Virus record (IMG/VR): IMGVR_UViG_3300033186_000039
Coordinates: 1 to 64,000 of that record
Strand: one strand, 5' to 3'
DNA length: 64,000 nt
Source: a virus
The position numbers and the translations under genes are program-made. Under the pieces are notes generated by a model, which saw only the letters and a list, made by a program, of their open reading frames with translations, did not search any database and was not told where the DNA came from. This document shows positions 35,275 through 43,682 of this stretch, piece after piece. Every line of letters begins with the position of its first letter. Position 1 is the first letter of the stretch.

Positions 35275-37500
35275 ATGGCAGACCAATCAGAACAATTGAC
35301 CGCCCAAGCACCGGATGGTTCAGCAGCAGCCGTCACCGATTCATGGTGCGTAGAAACAACCAAAGGCGAATTGCCTACCGAATCACGTCGTCGTCGCTTT
35401 AGCACAGTCGCGGTCACTGACAAAATTACAGCCCCTGCTGTAGAAAAAGCTTTTGCAGGCTTAAAAGTCGGGCATCCGATTACCTTAAGCACAGGCTTTA
35501 CCGATGATGGCTTAGCCACCCGCATCAGCGCAATTAACACCTCTGGCGCAACCCACGAAATCACTGTTGCCGACAACATCACCGCCGACCAAACCGACGT
35601 GTTTATGACCTTGCAAGTCCCCGCGACTTTCCGTGCGATTTTACACGCGGGCGGGGCATTGAACTTGACCACTGAAATGAATACTGATGTGGGCAACACG
35701 GTTAATCAAGACTTGCAGCACAGCGGTGGTGTAGTCACATCGTTGGCGTATGAAGCCAGCGTTGAAGGCTACGTGCGTTTGAATACGCAGTGGTATGACT
35801 GTATGCGTAGCAACTTTGCTAGCTTATGGGTAGACCAGCACAGCGAAGTCATCCCCAGCTTAACTATTGCGCCTGTTAGTGGCGAAACCAGCGCGGTCAT
35901 TACTGGCCCCGATGGCTGGTTAGCCCAAGTGGTTGTCGGTACACATATCGTCCTGAACGGCATGGTGAAAAATCAAGGTCGTAACGATACACCATTATTT
36001 GTCAAAGACGTTGATACTACGGTATCGGGTCAACACAAAGTCACCATTGATGCGCAAATTGCATTAAGTGCAGAAACCGTAACCAACTCTCGCGTGATTG
36101 TTGGCGCATATCTGCGTAACGGCACAAACGTCACCACTATGACGTTAGCCCAAGATGCTGAACAAACCAGCACTTACCAACACGCGGTTAAATGCGTGGT
36201 CGCGGGCATCAGCATCACTGCACCACCTAAAGGTGAGCCTGTGTCCTGTAATGCGACATTTGTAACAGGTCCGGGTGATTGGAGTCCCCGCACCAGCAAC
36301 CCCAACGACATCGCCTACGATCCTCGTCCATTCCACGGCACGTTATTGTCAGTTGAAGATGCCAAAGTGTTGAACACGGGTAACAGCGTGTTCCGTATTG
36401 ATGCACTCGGTACACCATTGGGTAAAGGCATTCATTCCATTGGCGAATTCAGCTTTGAAACGTCTGACCGCTATGCGACTGAGCCACGTACCAAAGAAGA
36501 CGACGACATCAACAGCATCGCGGGTTATCAAAACACCGCCTTACGCACCCAAGGATTTTCGCCCACGGGTACGTTCATGTCCACGTTCACCAACTTCAAC
36601 GGCTTAAACACGTTCCTGACAGGCTGTTCTATTCATTTAGACCACCGCAGCGCAGTAAAAACCTGTGAAGACGGTACGCAATGGGTGGTTATCAGTCTGC
36701 CCGCCGCGCAAATCACTAACGTTGAAATCGGCGGTTCAGCGGTTGACGCAGAACGTGAAACCACACTGAGCTATAAAGCGAATCGTTGGGAAAACACTGA
36801 CAGCAACGGCAATGAGACTTCCTACTCGGCGCAAGTCACGGTAGCCGATGTCAGCACTTCGCCTGACTTAGTGTTCACTACCACTACCAACGGCGTGTGG
36901 GATTTGAGCAGCACAGCCACCGCGTCTTTGGGCTACTTGACCTACACCCTGAAAGACGGCTCAGGCACATTGCAAGCACAGTCTTACGGCGGTAACGGTG
37001 ATTTAACCACTGACATCGACGCAACAGGCAATGCAGGCGGCGACTGGACGTTAAACATTGACTACGCGGGCAACATCGCTACCTTGGATTTAAACACCCA
37101 ATTATTGACAGGCGCAATTCCAAGTGCGTTGAATGAACTGATTGAAGCGACTTCAATCAACTTGGCTGATAACGCCTTCACCGGCACTGTCCCCGACTTG
37201 GATGCGTTGGTCAACTTGACCTTATTGAACCTGTCAGGCAACAGCTTAGACGGTATCGGTAAACTGCCTGACTTATCTAAAAACAATGCGACGATTGACC
37301 TGTCAGACAACGCTTTGTCAATCGGTGAAGTCAATGTGGTATTGTCAAAACTGGCAGCAGTACAAGCCTGTACTGAAACTGGCATCATCCAATTGGACGG
37401 CACTAACGGCATTCCCGATGCGTCCACTGGCGGCGTAGACGGCACAGCCGCTATCGCTACCTTGACTGGTCGTGGCTGGACAGTCAACGTCTCAAGTTAA
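35275..37500 (+). CDS. Large virion protein with C-terminal leucine-rich repeats (receptor-binding / tail fibre candidate)
   Basis: 741 aa. N-terminal LKVGHPITL...INTSGATHEITV domain. LRR-like LxxLxLxxNxLxG units from 37084 to about 37420. Confidence 0.6.
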   Translation: MADQSEQLTAQAPDGSAAAVTDSWCVETTKGELPTESRRRRFSTVAVTDKITAPAVEKAFAGLKVGHPITLSTGFTDDGLATRISAINTSGATHEITVADNITADQTDVFMTLQVPATFRAILHAGGALNLTTEMNTDVGNTVNQDLQHSGGVVTSLAYEASVEGYVRLNTQWYDCMRSNFASLWVDQHSEVIPSLTIAPVSGETSAVITGPDGWLAQVVVGTHIVLNGMVKNQGRNDTPLFVKDVDTTVSGQHKVTIDAQIALSAETVTNSRVIVGAYLRNGTNVTTMTLAQDAEQTSTYQHAVKCVVAGISITAPPKGEPVSCNATFVTGPGDWSPRTSNPNDIAYDPRPFHGTLLSVEDAKVLNTGNSVFRIDALGTPLGKGIHSIGEFSFETSDRYATEPRTKEDDDINSIAGYQNTALRTQGFSPTGTFMSTFTNFNGLNTFLTGCSIHLDHRSAVKTCEDGTQWVVISLPAAQITNVEIGGSAVDAERETTLSYKANRWENTDSNGNETSYSAQVTVADVSTSPDLVFTTTTNGVWDLSSTATASLGYLTYTLKDGSGTLQAQSYGGNGDLTTDIDATGNAGGDWTLNIDYAGNIATLDLNTQLLTGAIPSALNELIEATSINLADNAFTGTVPDLDALVNLTLLNLSGNSLDGIGKLPDLSKNNATIDLSDNALSIGEVNVVLSKLAAVQACTETGIIQLDGTNGIPDASTGGVDGTAAIATLTGRGWTVNVSS

Positions 37501-37516
37501 ACTTGCTAGTCTAAAT

Positions 37517-37569
37517 CTCGTTCCCATGCTGGAGCATGGGAACGACCACCATCCGCTCTGCGGATTTTT
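37517..37569 (+). terminator. Two hairpins after the 741-aa gene; the second has a T-run
   Basis: CTCGTTCCCATGCTGGAGCATGGGAACGAC (37517-37546), then ATCCGCTCTGCGGATTTTT (37551-37569). Confidence 0.7.
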
Positions 37570-37617
37570 ATGTGACAAAGTAGAATCAATCAAGTCTCAA
37601 TTGCAACTGGAGTTTCC

Positions 37618-37857
37618 ATGTGTCAAGAAACACAAATGCGCGCAAAATTTAAAGTTGAAGAAATTTCATTTTCAGAAGGTTCAAGTCGCTTAAAATTAAG
37701 CCCTATAACTTGTGGGAGCAGAGAAAATGATGTTTTTTTTGATGCTACACCATACGGCGAAATCACTATAGGCACGGTAAATACTCGGATACTTAAAAAT
37801 TTTAGTCCAGGCGTTGAAGTTTATGTTGATTTTGCTATAGCCGAAAAAACAACCTAA
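37618..37857 (+). CDS. Hypothetical protein (79 aa)
   Basis: GGAG lies 6 nt upstream of the ATG. Confidence 0.5.
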   Translation: MCQETQMRAKFKVEEISFSEGSSRLKLSPITCGSRENDVFFDATPYGEITIGTVNTRILKNFSPGVEVYVDFAIAEKTT

Positions 37858-37915
37858 ATTTTTTCTTGTTCCCGCGTTATCTGTGGGAACAACCATTTGT
37901 TATTAGGATTTAGCC

Positions 37916-38125
37916 ATGAGTATAGAAGTGACCGAAATTACAATTAAAATTAATGAAGAAACTGAGCTTGGTTTAACTGTAGACGAGGCAAGACAGCTTT
38001 ATGTTGCTCTGGGGGAATTGTTTGGCGAAAAGCCTCAAACATACCCAATAACCAACCCGATTATGCCTGCGCCCATGCCATATTTTGATAAATTCCCTGA
38101 AATAACATGTAACGCACACGAATAA
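37916..38125 (+). CDS. Hypothetical protein (69 aa)
   Basis: ORF only. Confidence 0.45.
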   Translation: MSIEVTEITIKINEETELGLTVDEARQLYVALGELFGEKPQTYPITNPIMPAPMPYFDKFPEITCNAHE

Positions 38126-38140
38126 AATTCAACCTAAAAA

Positions 38141-38416
38141 ATGTCGCCTTTTCGCTCAGCCATCAACCGTTTCAAACAAGCTAAAGCCAAAGCTATCACC
38201 GACTACAGCGAAGCCGTAGCCGATAGCGTCAAACAAGGCATGGAAGAGCGCACCCGCGTTGACACAGGCGAAGCAAAAGCGGGATACGAAAAACACCAAA
38301 CTAAAACAGGTTTCGTCATCATCAACAACGTCAAACACATCACCGAATTGGAATACCAAGACGGCATGGCACAACAGACGGTGTTAGAGATGGAAGGGGT
38401 GTTGCGGAAGCGTTAG
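38141..38416 (+). CDS. HK97 gp10-like tail/connector component
   Basis: The RVDTGEAKAGYE....NNVKHITELEYQDG pattern resembles the gp10 family (vDTG...Y..yvEyG). Confidence 0.4.
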   Translation: MSPFRSAINRFKQAKAKAITDYSEAVADSVKQGMEERTRVDTGEAKAGYEKHQTKTGFVIINNVKHITELEYQDGMAQQTVLEMEGVLRKR

Positions 38417-38431
38417 GAAAATAAATCCAAC

Positions 38432-38818
38432 CTATGCGCTATGCGTAATCATGTTAGGCGTTTCTTCCGCCTCATGGCGAGAAAACCCACGAAACTCACC
38501 TTCTAGCTTGTCGATATAAGGTCTTATCCAGTTAGTGAATAGTTCCATCTCATTGCAGTAGTTTCTCAGGCTGCAGCGAACACATAAGTAGTAACTACCA
38601 TTAGTATCGTATCGTAGTGTTGAGTGTGTGTCAGCGTCAAAGTAATAGCTGTCACTCTGCAGCATGGTTTCCCATCGGGTATCGCCAAATAATGCATGAT
38701 CTGGTTTCTTCGGCTTTGTTTCGGTTTCTCCAAGCATGTAGCGTAACATTTCAACAACACTCTCTGGGACATCTCTTTTTAGCTCGGCGTTATAATGTAG
38801 TTTTGTATACGTTCCCAT
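38432..38818 (-). CDS. Hypothetical protein (128 aa)
   Basis: ORF. No motif assigned. Confidence 0.5.
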   Translation of the reverse strand: MGTYTKLHYNAELKRDVPESVVEMLRYMLGETETKPKKPDHALFGDTRWETMLQSDSYYFDADTHSTLRYDTNGSYYLCVRCSLRNYCNEMELFTNWIRPYIDKLEGEFRGFSRHEAEETPNMITHSA

Positions 38819-38849
38819 TGTTATCTCCCAAAAAGGAATAATAAGTATT

Positions 38850-38922
38850 TGTAGGACGGGCTAAGGTGCGAAGCCCATCTTTACGCGACTGATGGGCTTC
38901 CCGATGGTCAGCCCATCCTACA
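38850..38922. repeat. Composite double hairpin (same architecture as 32213-32284)
   Basis: TGTAGGACGGGCTAAGGTGCGAAGCCCATC..GATGGGCTTCCCGATGGTCAGCCCATCCTACA. Confidence 0.85.
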
Positions 38923-38926
38923 ATTG

Positions 38927-39343
38927 TCACATTTCTTTCACATAATCAGAAAAGAAATGCATTAAAGCACTATCTCCCAAATAACCTATTTGATTTAGGT
39001 CGTAGTCTTCTGGATCGCCATTCCATTCGTGATACTGTTTGTAAAAGGCTTGTCTTTCTTTTTGGCTCATATCATCAAAAAAGCTGTCAGGCAAATCATT
39101 ACAACCATGATTTGAAAATTTTTCACCCGCCATTTTAAGCAGTTTTGAAATTATCTGTACTGCATGTACTCTTTTAATCTTGCCACATGAATCATTGTTG
39201 TCTGCCATCTTCAACGCTTTAATCTCTGCTTTTAATTCAACGATGCGCTGATTTATCTGCTCTATAGAACATGGCTGCCAATCGCCATTTGGCGTAGTTC
39301 TAAACATCAACACGCCGTTGATAAATGTTTCTTGGTAAAACAT
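38927..39343 (-). CDS. Hypothetical protein (138 aa from ATG 39343)
   Basis: GGAGAAAATA SD. Confidence 0.5.
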   Translation of the reverse strand: MFYQETFINGVLMFRTTPNGDWQPCSIEQINQRIVELKAEIKALKMADNNDSCGKIKRVHAVQIISKLLKMAGEKFSNHGCNDLPDSFFDDMSQKERQAFYKQYHEWNGDPEDYDLNQIGYLGDSALMHFFSDYVKEM

Positions 39344-39413
39344 TATTTTCTCCGAATAGTTTTTGTTCCCCATCAACGGTTAAACCGCCGTTGTTTTGCA
39401 TGAGGATTCTTTG

Positions 39414-39872
39414 TTAGGCAATAGGGAATTCAATTGGCGGCGGAGGAAGCTCTCGCCACGCCAAGGGCTTTTTAACTGGGTAAAATTTGGATGCTCCACT
39501 AGGGTCAATCTCAGAATACATTTCCGCGTGTTCGACCCATCTTGCTTTAACCCATCCTGTCACTTCCGAGTAAACCAATATGGGATTATAGCTATCTTTA
39601 GGGGCACTATTCATAACTATATTCATATAAACTGAAAGTTGTGAACGCCATTCATCCTCAGCAATCACTTTAAGTATTTGCGCCATTAAATGAGCATAAT
39701 CGCCAAGATTCTTTCTAATAGGGACAGTAAGCTCATAACTGTCTTTGGCAAAGATGGAAGTTTTATCACCAATTGAATCAACTTGTTCCCATTCGTGTGC
39801 AATAAGATACGACTTCACATCGTCAACCCTAAGTTGCTCAAGCATAACACGGTCACGAATTTCAATATTCAT
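39414..39872 (-). CDS. Hypothetical protein with DUF551-like C-terminus
   Basis: ...GWVKARW...KFYPVKKPLAWRELPPPP. Confidence 0.5.
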   Translation of the reverse strand: MNIEIRDRVMLEQLRVDDVKSYLIAHEWEQVDSIGDKTSIFAKDSYELTVPIRKNLGDYAHLMAQILKVIAEDEWRSQLSVYMNIVMNSAPKDSYNPILVYSEVTGWVKARWVEHAEMYSEIDPSGASKFYPVKKPLAWRELPPPPIEFPIA

Positions 39873-40011
39873 AGTGGCCTCATTAATAGCCTTTCACTTT
39901 ATACGCTAACAATATTAACCCAAGAACAAAACCCACGTGGGTTAAAGTTTTTAACAAAAAAATCGGCTGGAATAGGACTTTGATTGTTTTGAATAGCTCA
40001 GTCATGCCAAT

Positions 40012-40362
40012 TTATGGCAAAAACAATACCTCACCGCCCTTAGCAATAAACCGTTCCTCTGCCTCTTTCGCCGCATCAATCAGAGCATCCATATTTGCTT
40101 GAATAAAGTTTAACGCAGGAGAATAAATACCTTGTACACCCTCATGGCTAATACTAGCAATGGCGGTCAACACGTAATTACCCTCATCATCAGCCAACTC
40201 AAACTCCATTCCGAGCCTACAATGGCTTTGGTAATCACTGCCTGACAAACATTCTGGAACATAAAAACAAACCAACGCCTTTAAACAAGTGTATTCTTCG
40301 ACTCGCTTTTCCACTATGACGCTATTGAATTCAAATTTAATGCTCATGTTATATTCAATCAA
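40012..40362 (-). CDS. Hypothetical protein (116 aa)
   Basis: Overlaps the upstream gene by 8 nt. Confidence 0.5.
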   Translation of the reverse strand: MIEYNMSIKFEFNSVIVEKRVEEYTCLKALVCFYVPECLSGSDYQSHCRLGMEFELADDEGNYVLTAIASISHEGVQGIYSPALNFIQANMDALIDAAKEAEERFIAKGGEVLFLP

Positions 40363-40639
40363 GTGACTGCTTGACTAACGCGACAATATCACTGCCGTCT
40401 GTTCTACCAATTGCAAAGCTATATGCCATTTGTTCAAGTTTTGCGGCAAGATTCAATCTTTCCGCAATCCATATTGCTTCCTGACTTGTTTGGCATTGAC
40501 ATATAGCGTTGCCGGTTGGAGATGGTCGCACAAGTTTTTCTTCACGTTTTTGAGCGATTTCTTTATCTTCTTTGCTCCAACCGCGATATCTAGGCATATC
40601 AATAAACTTTCCTTGCCGCCATGTGGTTATCTTATTCAT
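40355..40639 (-). CDS. Hypothetical protein (94 aa from ATG 40639)
   Basis: GGAGAAAGAAAC SD. Confidence 0.5.
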   Translation of the reverse strand: MNKITTWRQGKFIDMPRYRGWSKEDKEIAQKREEKLVRPSPTGNAICQCQTSQEAIWIAERLNLAAKLEQMAYSFAIGRTDGSDIVALVKQSLD

Positions 40640-40755
40640 GTTTCTTTCTCCAATGCGACGATATAACTTATCGCTCAAGGCCGACCACCCGCCGTCGGGT
40701 TTTTTTGGTTTAGATTCAGGCTAAGTCGGCGGCGGGTGCTGGCTTAGCTCAGGCG

Positions 40756-40991
40756 TTAGGGCGCATACCGTTCCCTGATGTCTGCCGCCAGTTGCGGGTT
40801 GCGCTTCCCGATCTCATCGGCGTAAACCATTGCTGCTTTGCGACAAGCTGCAATTTGCTCAGGGTCGTCTCCACCATCATCGAGGCGCAGGACGAAATAT
40901 TCAGCGCCCTGGTCAACTGGCGAACCATCAGCCTTGGTCACGATGTAGCGCCGGTGCAGGCCATCTGGGTTTTGTTCTCTGGTGGGGTCAT
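40756..40991 (-). pseudogene. Frame-disrupted small gene inside a GC-rich islet
   Basis: AAGGAG plus ATG 40991 opens a 17-codon frame that stops at 40938-40940. The 61-codon track ORF (GTG 40941, no SD) is its -1 frame, open from 40996. The switch lies near GGGTTTTG (40967-40974). Confidence 0.45.
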
Positions 40992-41124
40992 TGTTTTATC
41001 TCCTTAGCAGGCTCTCGCCCTAACAAAAGTTTCCAGCCGACACGGTAAAGGCTGGCGTTTTTCTCTGACCGCGTACCGCGCAGCCGAAACTAGGTGTTAT
41101 ACGTTCACCTTAGCAAGGACAAAT

Positions 41125-41209
41125 CATCAGAATCAGAATTAATTCAATTCAAAAATTCTCAGAATAAGATTCTGTCAATTCTATCATTTTGAAAATTCTG
41201 CTTCAGACA
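41125..41209. mobile_element. MITE-like 85-bp element
   Basis: CATCAGAATCAGAATT (41125-41140) and AATTCTGCTTCAGACA (41194-41209). Confidence 0.6.
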
Positions 41210-41224
41210 ATCATCACCTGCCTT

Positions 41225-41500
41225 TTAGTCTTTGGATTCGCTTGGCGTTGGCTCTTTAACCATCGCTTCAACAAGTGTAGGCTCTCCACCTTCTGGCAGC
41301 ATGGCATATTTAAAGTTACCGATCAGCAAGCCTATTCCTTCATGCGCGGCATCAAGCTGCTCGATCAAACTGTCTACTTCGTCACTATAACCATCATTGG
41401 TGCGCGTGACTTTAGCCTTTTCAACAAGCACGGAGAGATTGCGAGCAGCCGCGTAAATTTCATCAGCAATTTGCGGGTAGTTTTTTTCTACCGTTGCCAT
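41225..41500 (-). CDS. Hypothetical protein (91 aa)
   Basis: ORF. Helical, acidic. Confidence 0.5.
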   Translation of the reverse strand: MATVEKNYPQIADEIYAAARNLSVLVEKAKVTRTNDGYSDEVDSLIEQLDAAHEGIGLLIGNFKYAMLPEGGEPTLVEAMVKEPTPSESKD

Positions 41501-41568
41501 AGGGTGTTCCTCTTTCCTGTCAATTCAACCCGCCAAGGCGGGGACTCCTAAAAATATAGCACGCGCCG

Positions 41569-42672
41569 CTATAACCGCACGGGCATCACAACATATTTTG
41601 TCAACTCACTATCAATCGGATTAATCAGCACCGGGCTAGTGCCATCGCCAAAATTCAATACCGCCACATCAACTTCAATTACACCAAGCACATCAAGCAC
41701 ATAAGTCATATTAAAGCCAATTTCCATTGGGTCGCCGTCGTAAACAACGGCAAGTTCTTCTTCAGCTTCTTCTTGATCAGGGTTGTTGGCTGACAACGCC
41801 AACAACCCTGACGTCAACACTAACCGCACCACCTTATACTTTTCGTTAGATAGGATGGCGACGCGATTCAAGGCGGCTTTAAGCTGCGCCACATCAACCT
41901 CAACGACTCTATTTGTATTGCACGGCATAACCTTATGATAATCAGGAAACCGCCCATCAATCAGTTTACTATCCAACACCATATCGCCAAACGCAAACCG
42001 AACATGATTGTTATCCAGACTGATTTTAACATCACCTTCCTGCGGGAGGTTGTTAAACAACCAACCAATCGCCTTGAGCGGGATAAGAGCTTGCGTAAGC
42101 TCATCGACTGTAACATCCGCCACCATTTCAGAATACGCCAACCGATACCCATCAGCAGCCACAAAACCTAGTTTGCCGTTTTGAATCTCAAACAGCATCC
42201 CATTGAGGTAATAGCGCACATCCCGCACCGCCATCGCAAACTTAACCCGCCCCAACATCGTGCGCAAACTGCTGGCATCAACAGTAAAGATGATATTACT
42301 ATCAATCTCAGGCGCAGTAGGGAAGTAATCAGCAGGCAAAGTTGACAGCTTAAACCGACTCTTACCACTTTTGATTTTTACCTGATTTCCTTCCTGTAAA
42401 ATCTGAATCGGCTGACTATCGCTCAAACTTCTGACAATTTCCGATAACTTCTTGGCGGGGATTGTCGTCGCACCTTCCTCAATACCCATACCATCCAGCA
42501 ACAGCGTCGTCGTCGCTTGCAACTCCGTATCAGAAGTTGTCATCGTCAACTGACCGTCCTCAACCCGCACCAACACATTACCCAATATCGGCAACGTCTG
42601 TCTTGACTCGACAACACCAAGCAAGCGTTTTAATAAAGGGGCTAATTTTCCCTGATATAACTCAATAAACAT
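41569..42672 (-). CDS. dnaN: DNA polymerase III beta subunit (sliding clamp)
   Basis: Motifs ESRQTLPILGNVLV, RYYLNGMLFE, ADGYRLAY, IDGRFPDYHKVMP and a C-terminal YVVMPVRL. Length is 367 aa. Confidence 0.9.
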   Translation of the reverse strand: MFIELYQGKLAPLLKRLLGVVESRQTLPILGNVLVRVEDGQLTMTTSDTELQATTTLLLDGMGIEEGATTIPAKKLSEIVRSLSDSQPIQILQEGNQVKIKSGKSRFKLSTLPADYFPTAPEIDSNIIFTVDASSLRTMLGRVKFAMAVRDVRYYLNGMLFEIQNGKLGFVAADGYRLAYSEMVADVTVDELTQALIPLKAIGWLFNNLPQEGDVKISLDNNHVRFAFGDMVLDSKLIDGRFPDYHKVMPCNTNRVVEVDVAQLKAALNRVAILSNEKYKVVRLVLTSGLLALSANNPDQEEAEEELAVVYDGDPMEIGFNMTYVLDVLGVIEVDVAVLNFGDGTSPVLINPIDSELTKYVVMPVRL

Positions 42673-42771
42673 TTAATTAAATTATCCTATCTTGTAGGGT
42701 GGGCTAGGCGGTCAATGCGTCATAACCAAGCTGATAACTTTATTCAGCCATAGCCCACCACAGTCAAGCGT

Positions 42772-43069
42772 TCAAACAAACCAAGCAACAACCCACCCAA
42801 ACAAAAGAAAAAGAGCGGGCTTTAAAAACGATATAAAAATGATTCTAGCCATTACATCTTCAAAAGTACCACTTTGGTCTTTCGTAGCTAAGTCTTCACG
42901 ATTCACCAACAATCAAACTAATACCAATAGCCTCTGATATTTTAAGCTCTGGCACGTCAAATTCAGGAACTACAAACCATGCCCACATGGTTGACAACGC
43001 ATAACCATTAAAAATGACAACAAGCGGTGCCAACAATATGGCACCTATAATATAAACTGCTCTTTTCAT
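42772..43069 (-). pseudogene. Small membrane protein in two frames (57 + 44 codons), or two tiny genes
   Basis: ATG 43069 gives MKRAVYIIGAILLAPLVV...AIGISLIVGES, stopping at 42896-42898. The +1 frame continues (GTG 42906) NREDLATKDQ...FLKPALFLLFGWVVAWFV to 42772. Not in the ORF track. Confidence 0.35.
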
Positions 43070-43137
43070 TAAAAGACCACACTTTTTCTTATTTTGTCGG
43101 TTGATGGGCTTCCCGCTGTTCAGCCCATCATAAATTT

Positions 43138-43572
43138 TTACACAGCCTTCATCCGCTTACTTTCCTCTTTAACCTCGTCAATCAAGCGAGACAAAACAGC
43201 AAGCCCGTCACTTTTGTTTTTCATCCACCCAATCAAAACAATAGCAATCTCGATCCGACTCTTATTATTAGGCAAGTAAGAGCGATTAATGCCAGACTTT
43301 TCTGTCAAAGCATCAAATTCACTGCTAGTCATCTGTCCAATTTCAGAAAGCAAAGTCGCACGGTTTTTTGCTGGTGGTTGCCATGCTGGTTTAGGCTGAA
43401 TTGGCGGCGGCTCTGGAGGTGGAGATGCTGCTTTCTGCCTCGTATAAACTGACAATTCAATATTGTTATTTTCAGCATATTTAACGGCGGCGTATGCACG
43501 GTCAAACTGACTCGCACCATGCGATGGCAGCACATAATCAGGGATTTGTGCGCAGAATAAAACTTCATCCAT
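43138..43572 (-). CDS. Hypothetical protein with Pro-rich linker and helical C-terminal adaptor-like domain
   Basis: 144 aa. PPPEPPPIQPKPAWQPP linker. The C-terminal pattern is discussed in the findings. Confidence 0.55.
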   Translation of the reverse strand: MDEVLFCAQIPDYVLPSHGASQFDRAYAAVKYAENNNIELSVYTRQKAASPPPEPPPIQPKPAWQPPAKNRATLLSEIGQMTSSEFDALTEKSGINRSYLPNNKSRIEIAIVLIGWMKNKSDGLAVLSRLIDEVKEESKRMKAV

Positions 43573-43682
43573 TTGATGATGACAACATATTACTCAAACG
43601 TTCTACAACACTCATGTCAGGCATTTTTTCACCTTTAGTTTAGTTAAACTTTAACTACAAGGCGGCTAATTATTAGCCCGTC

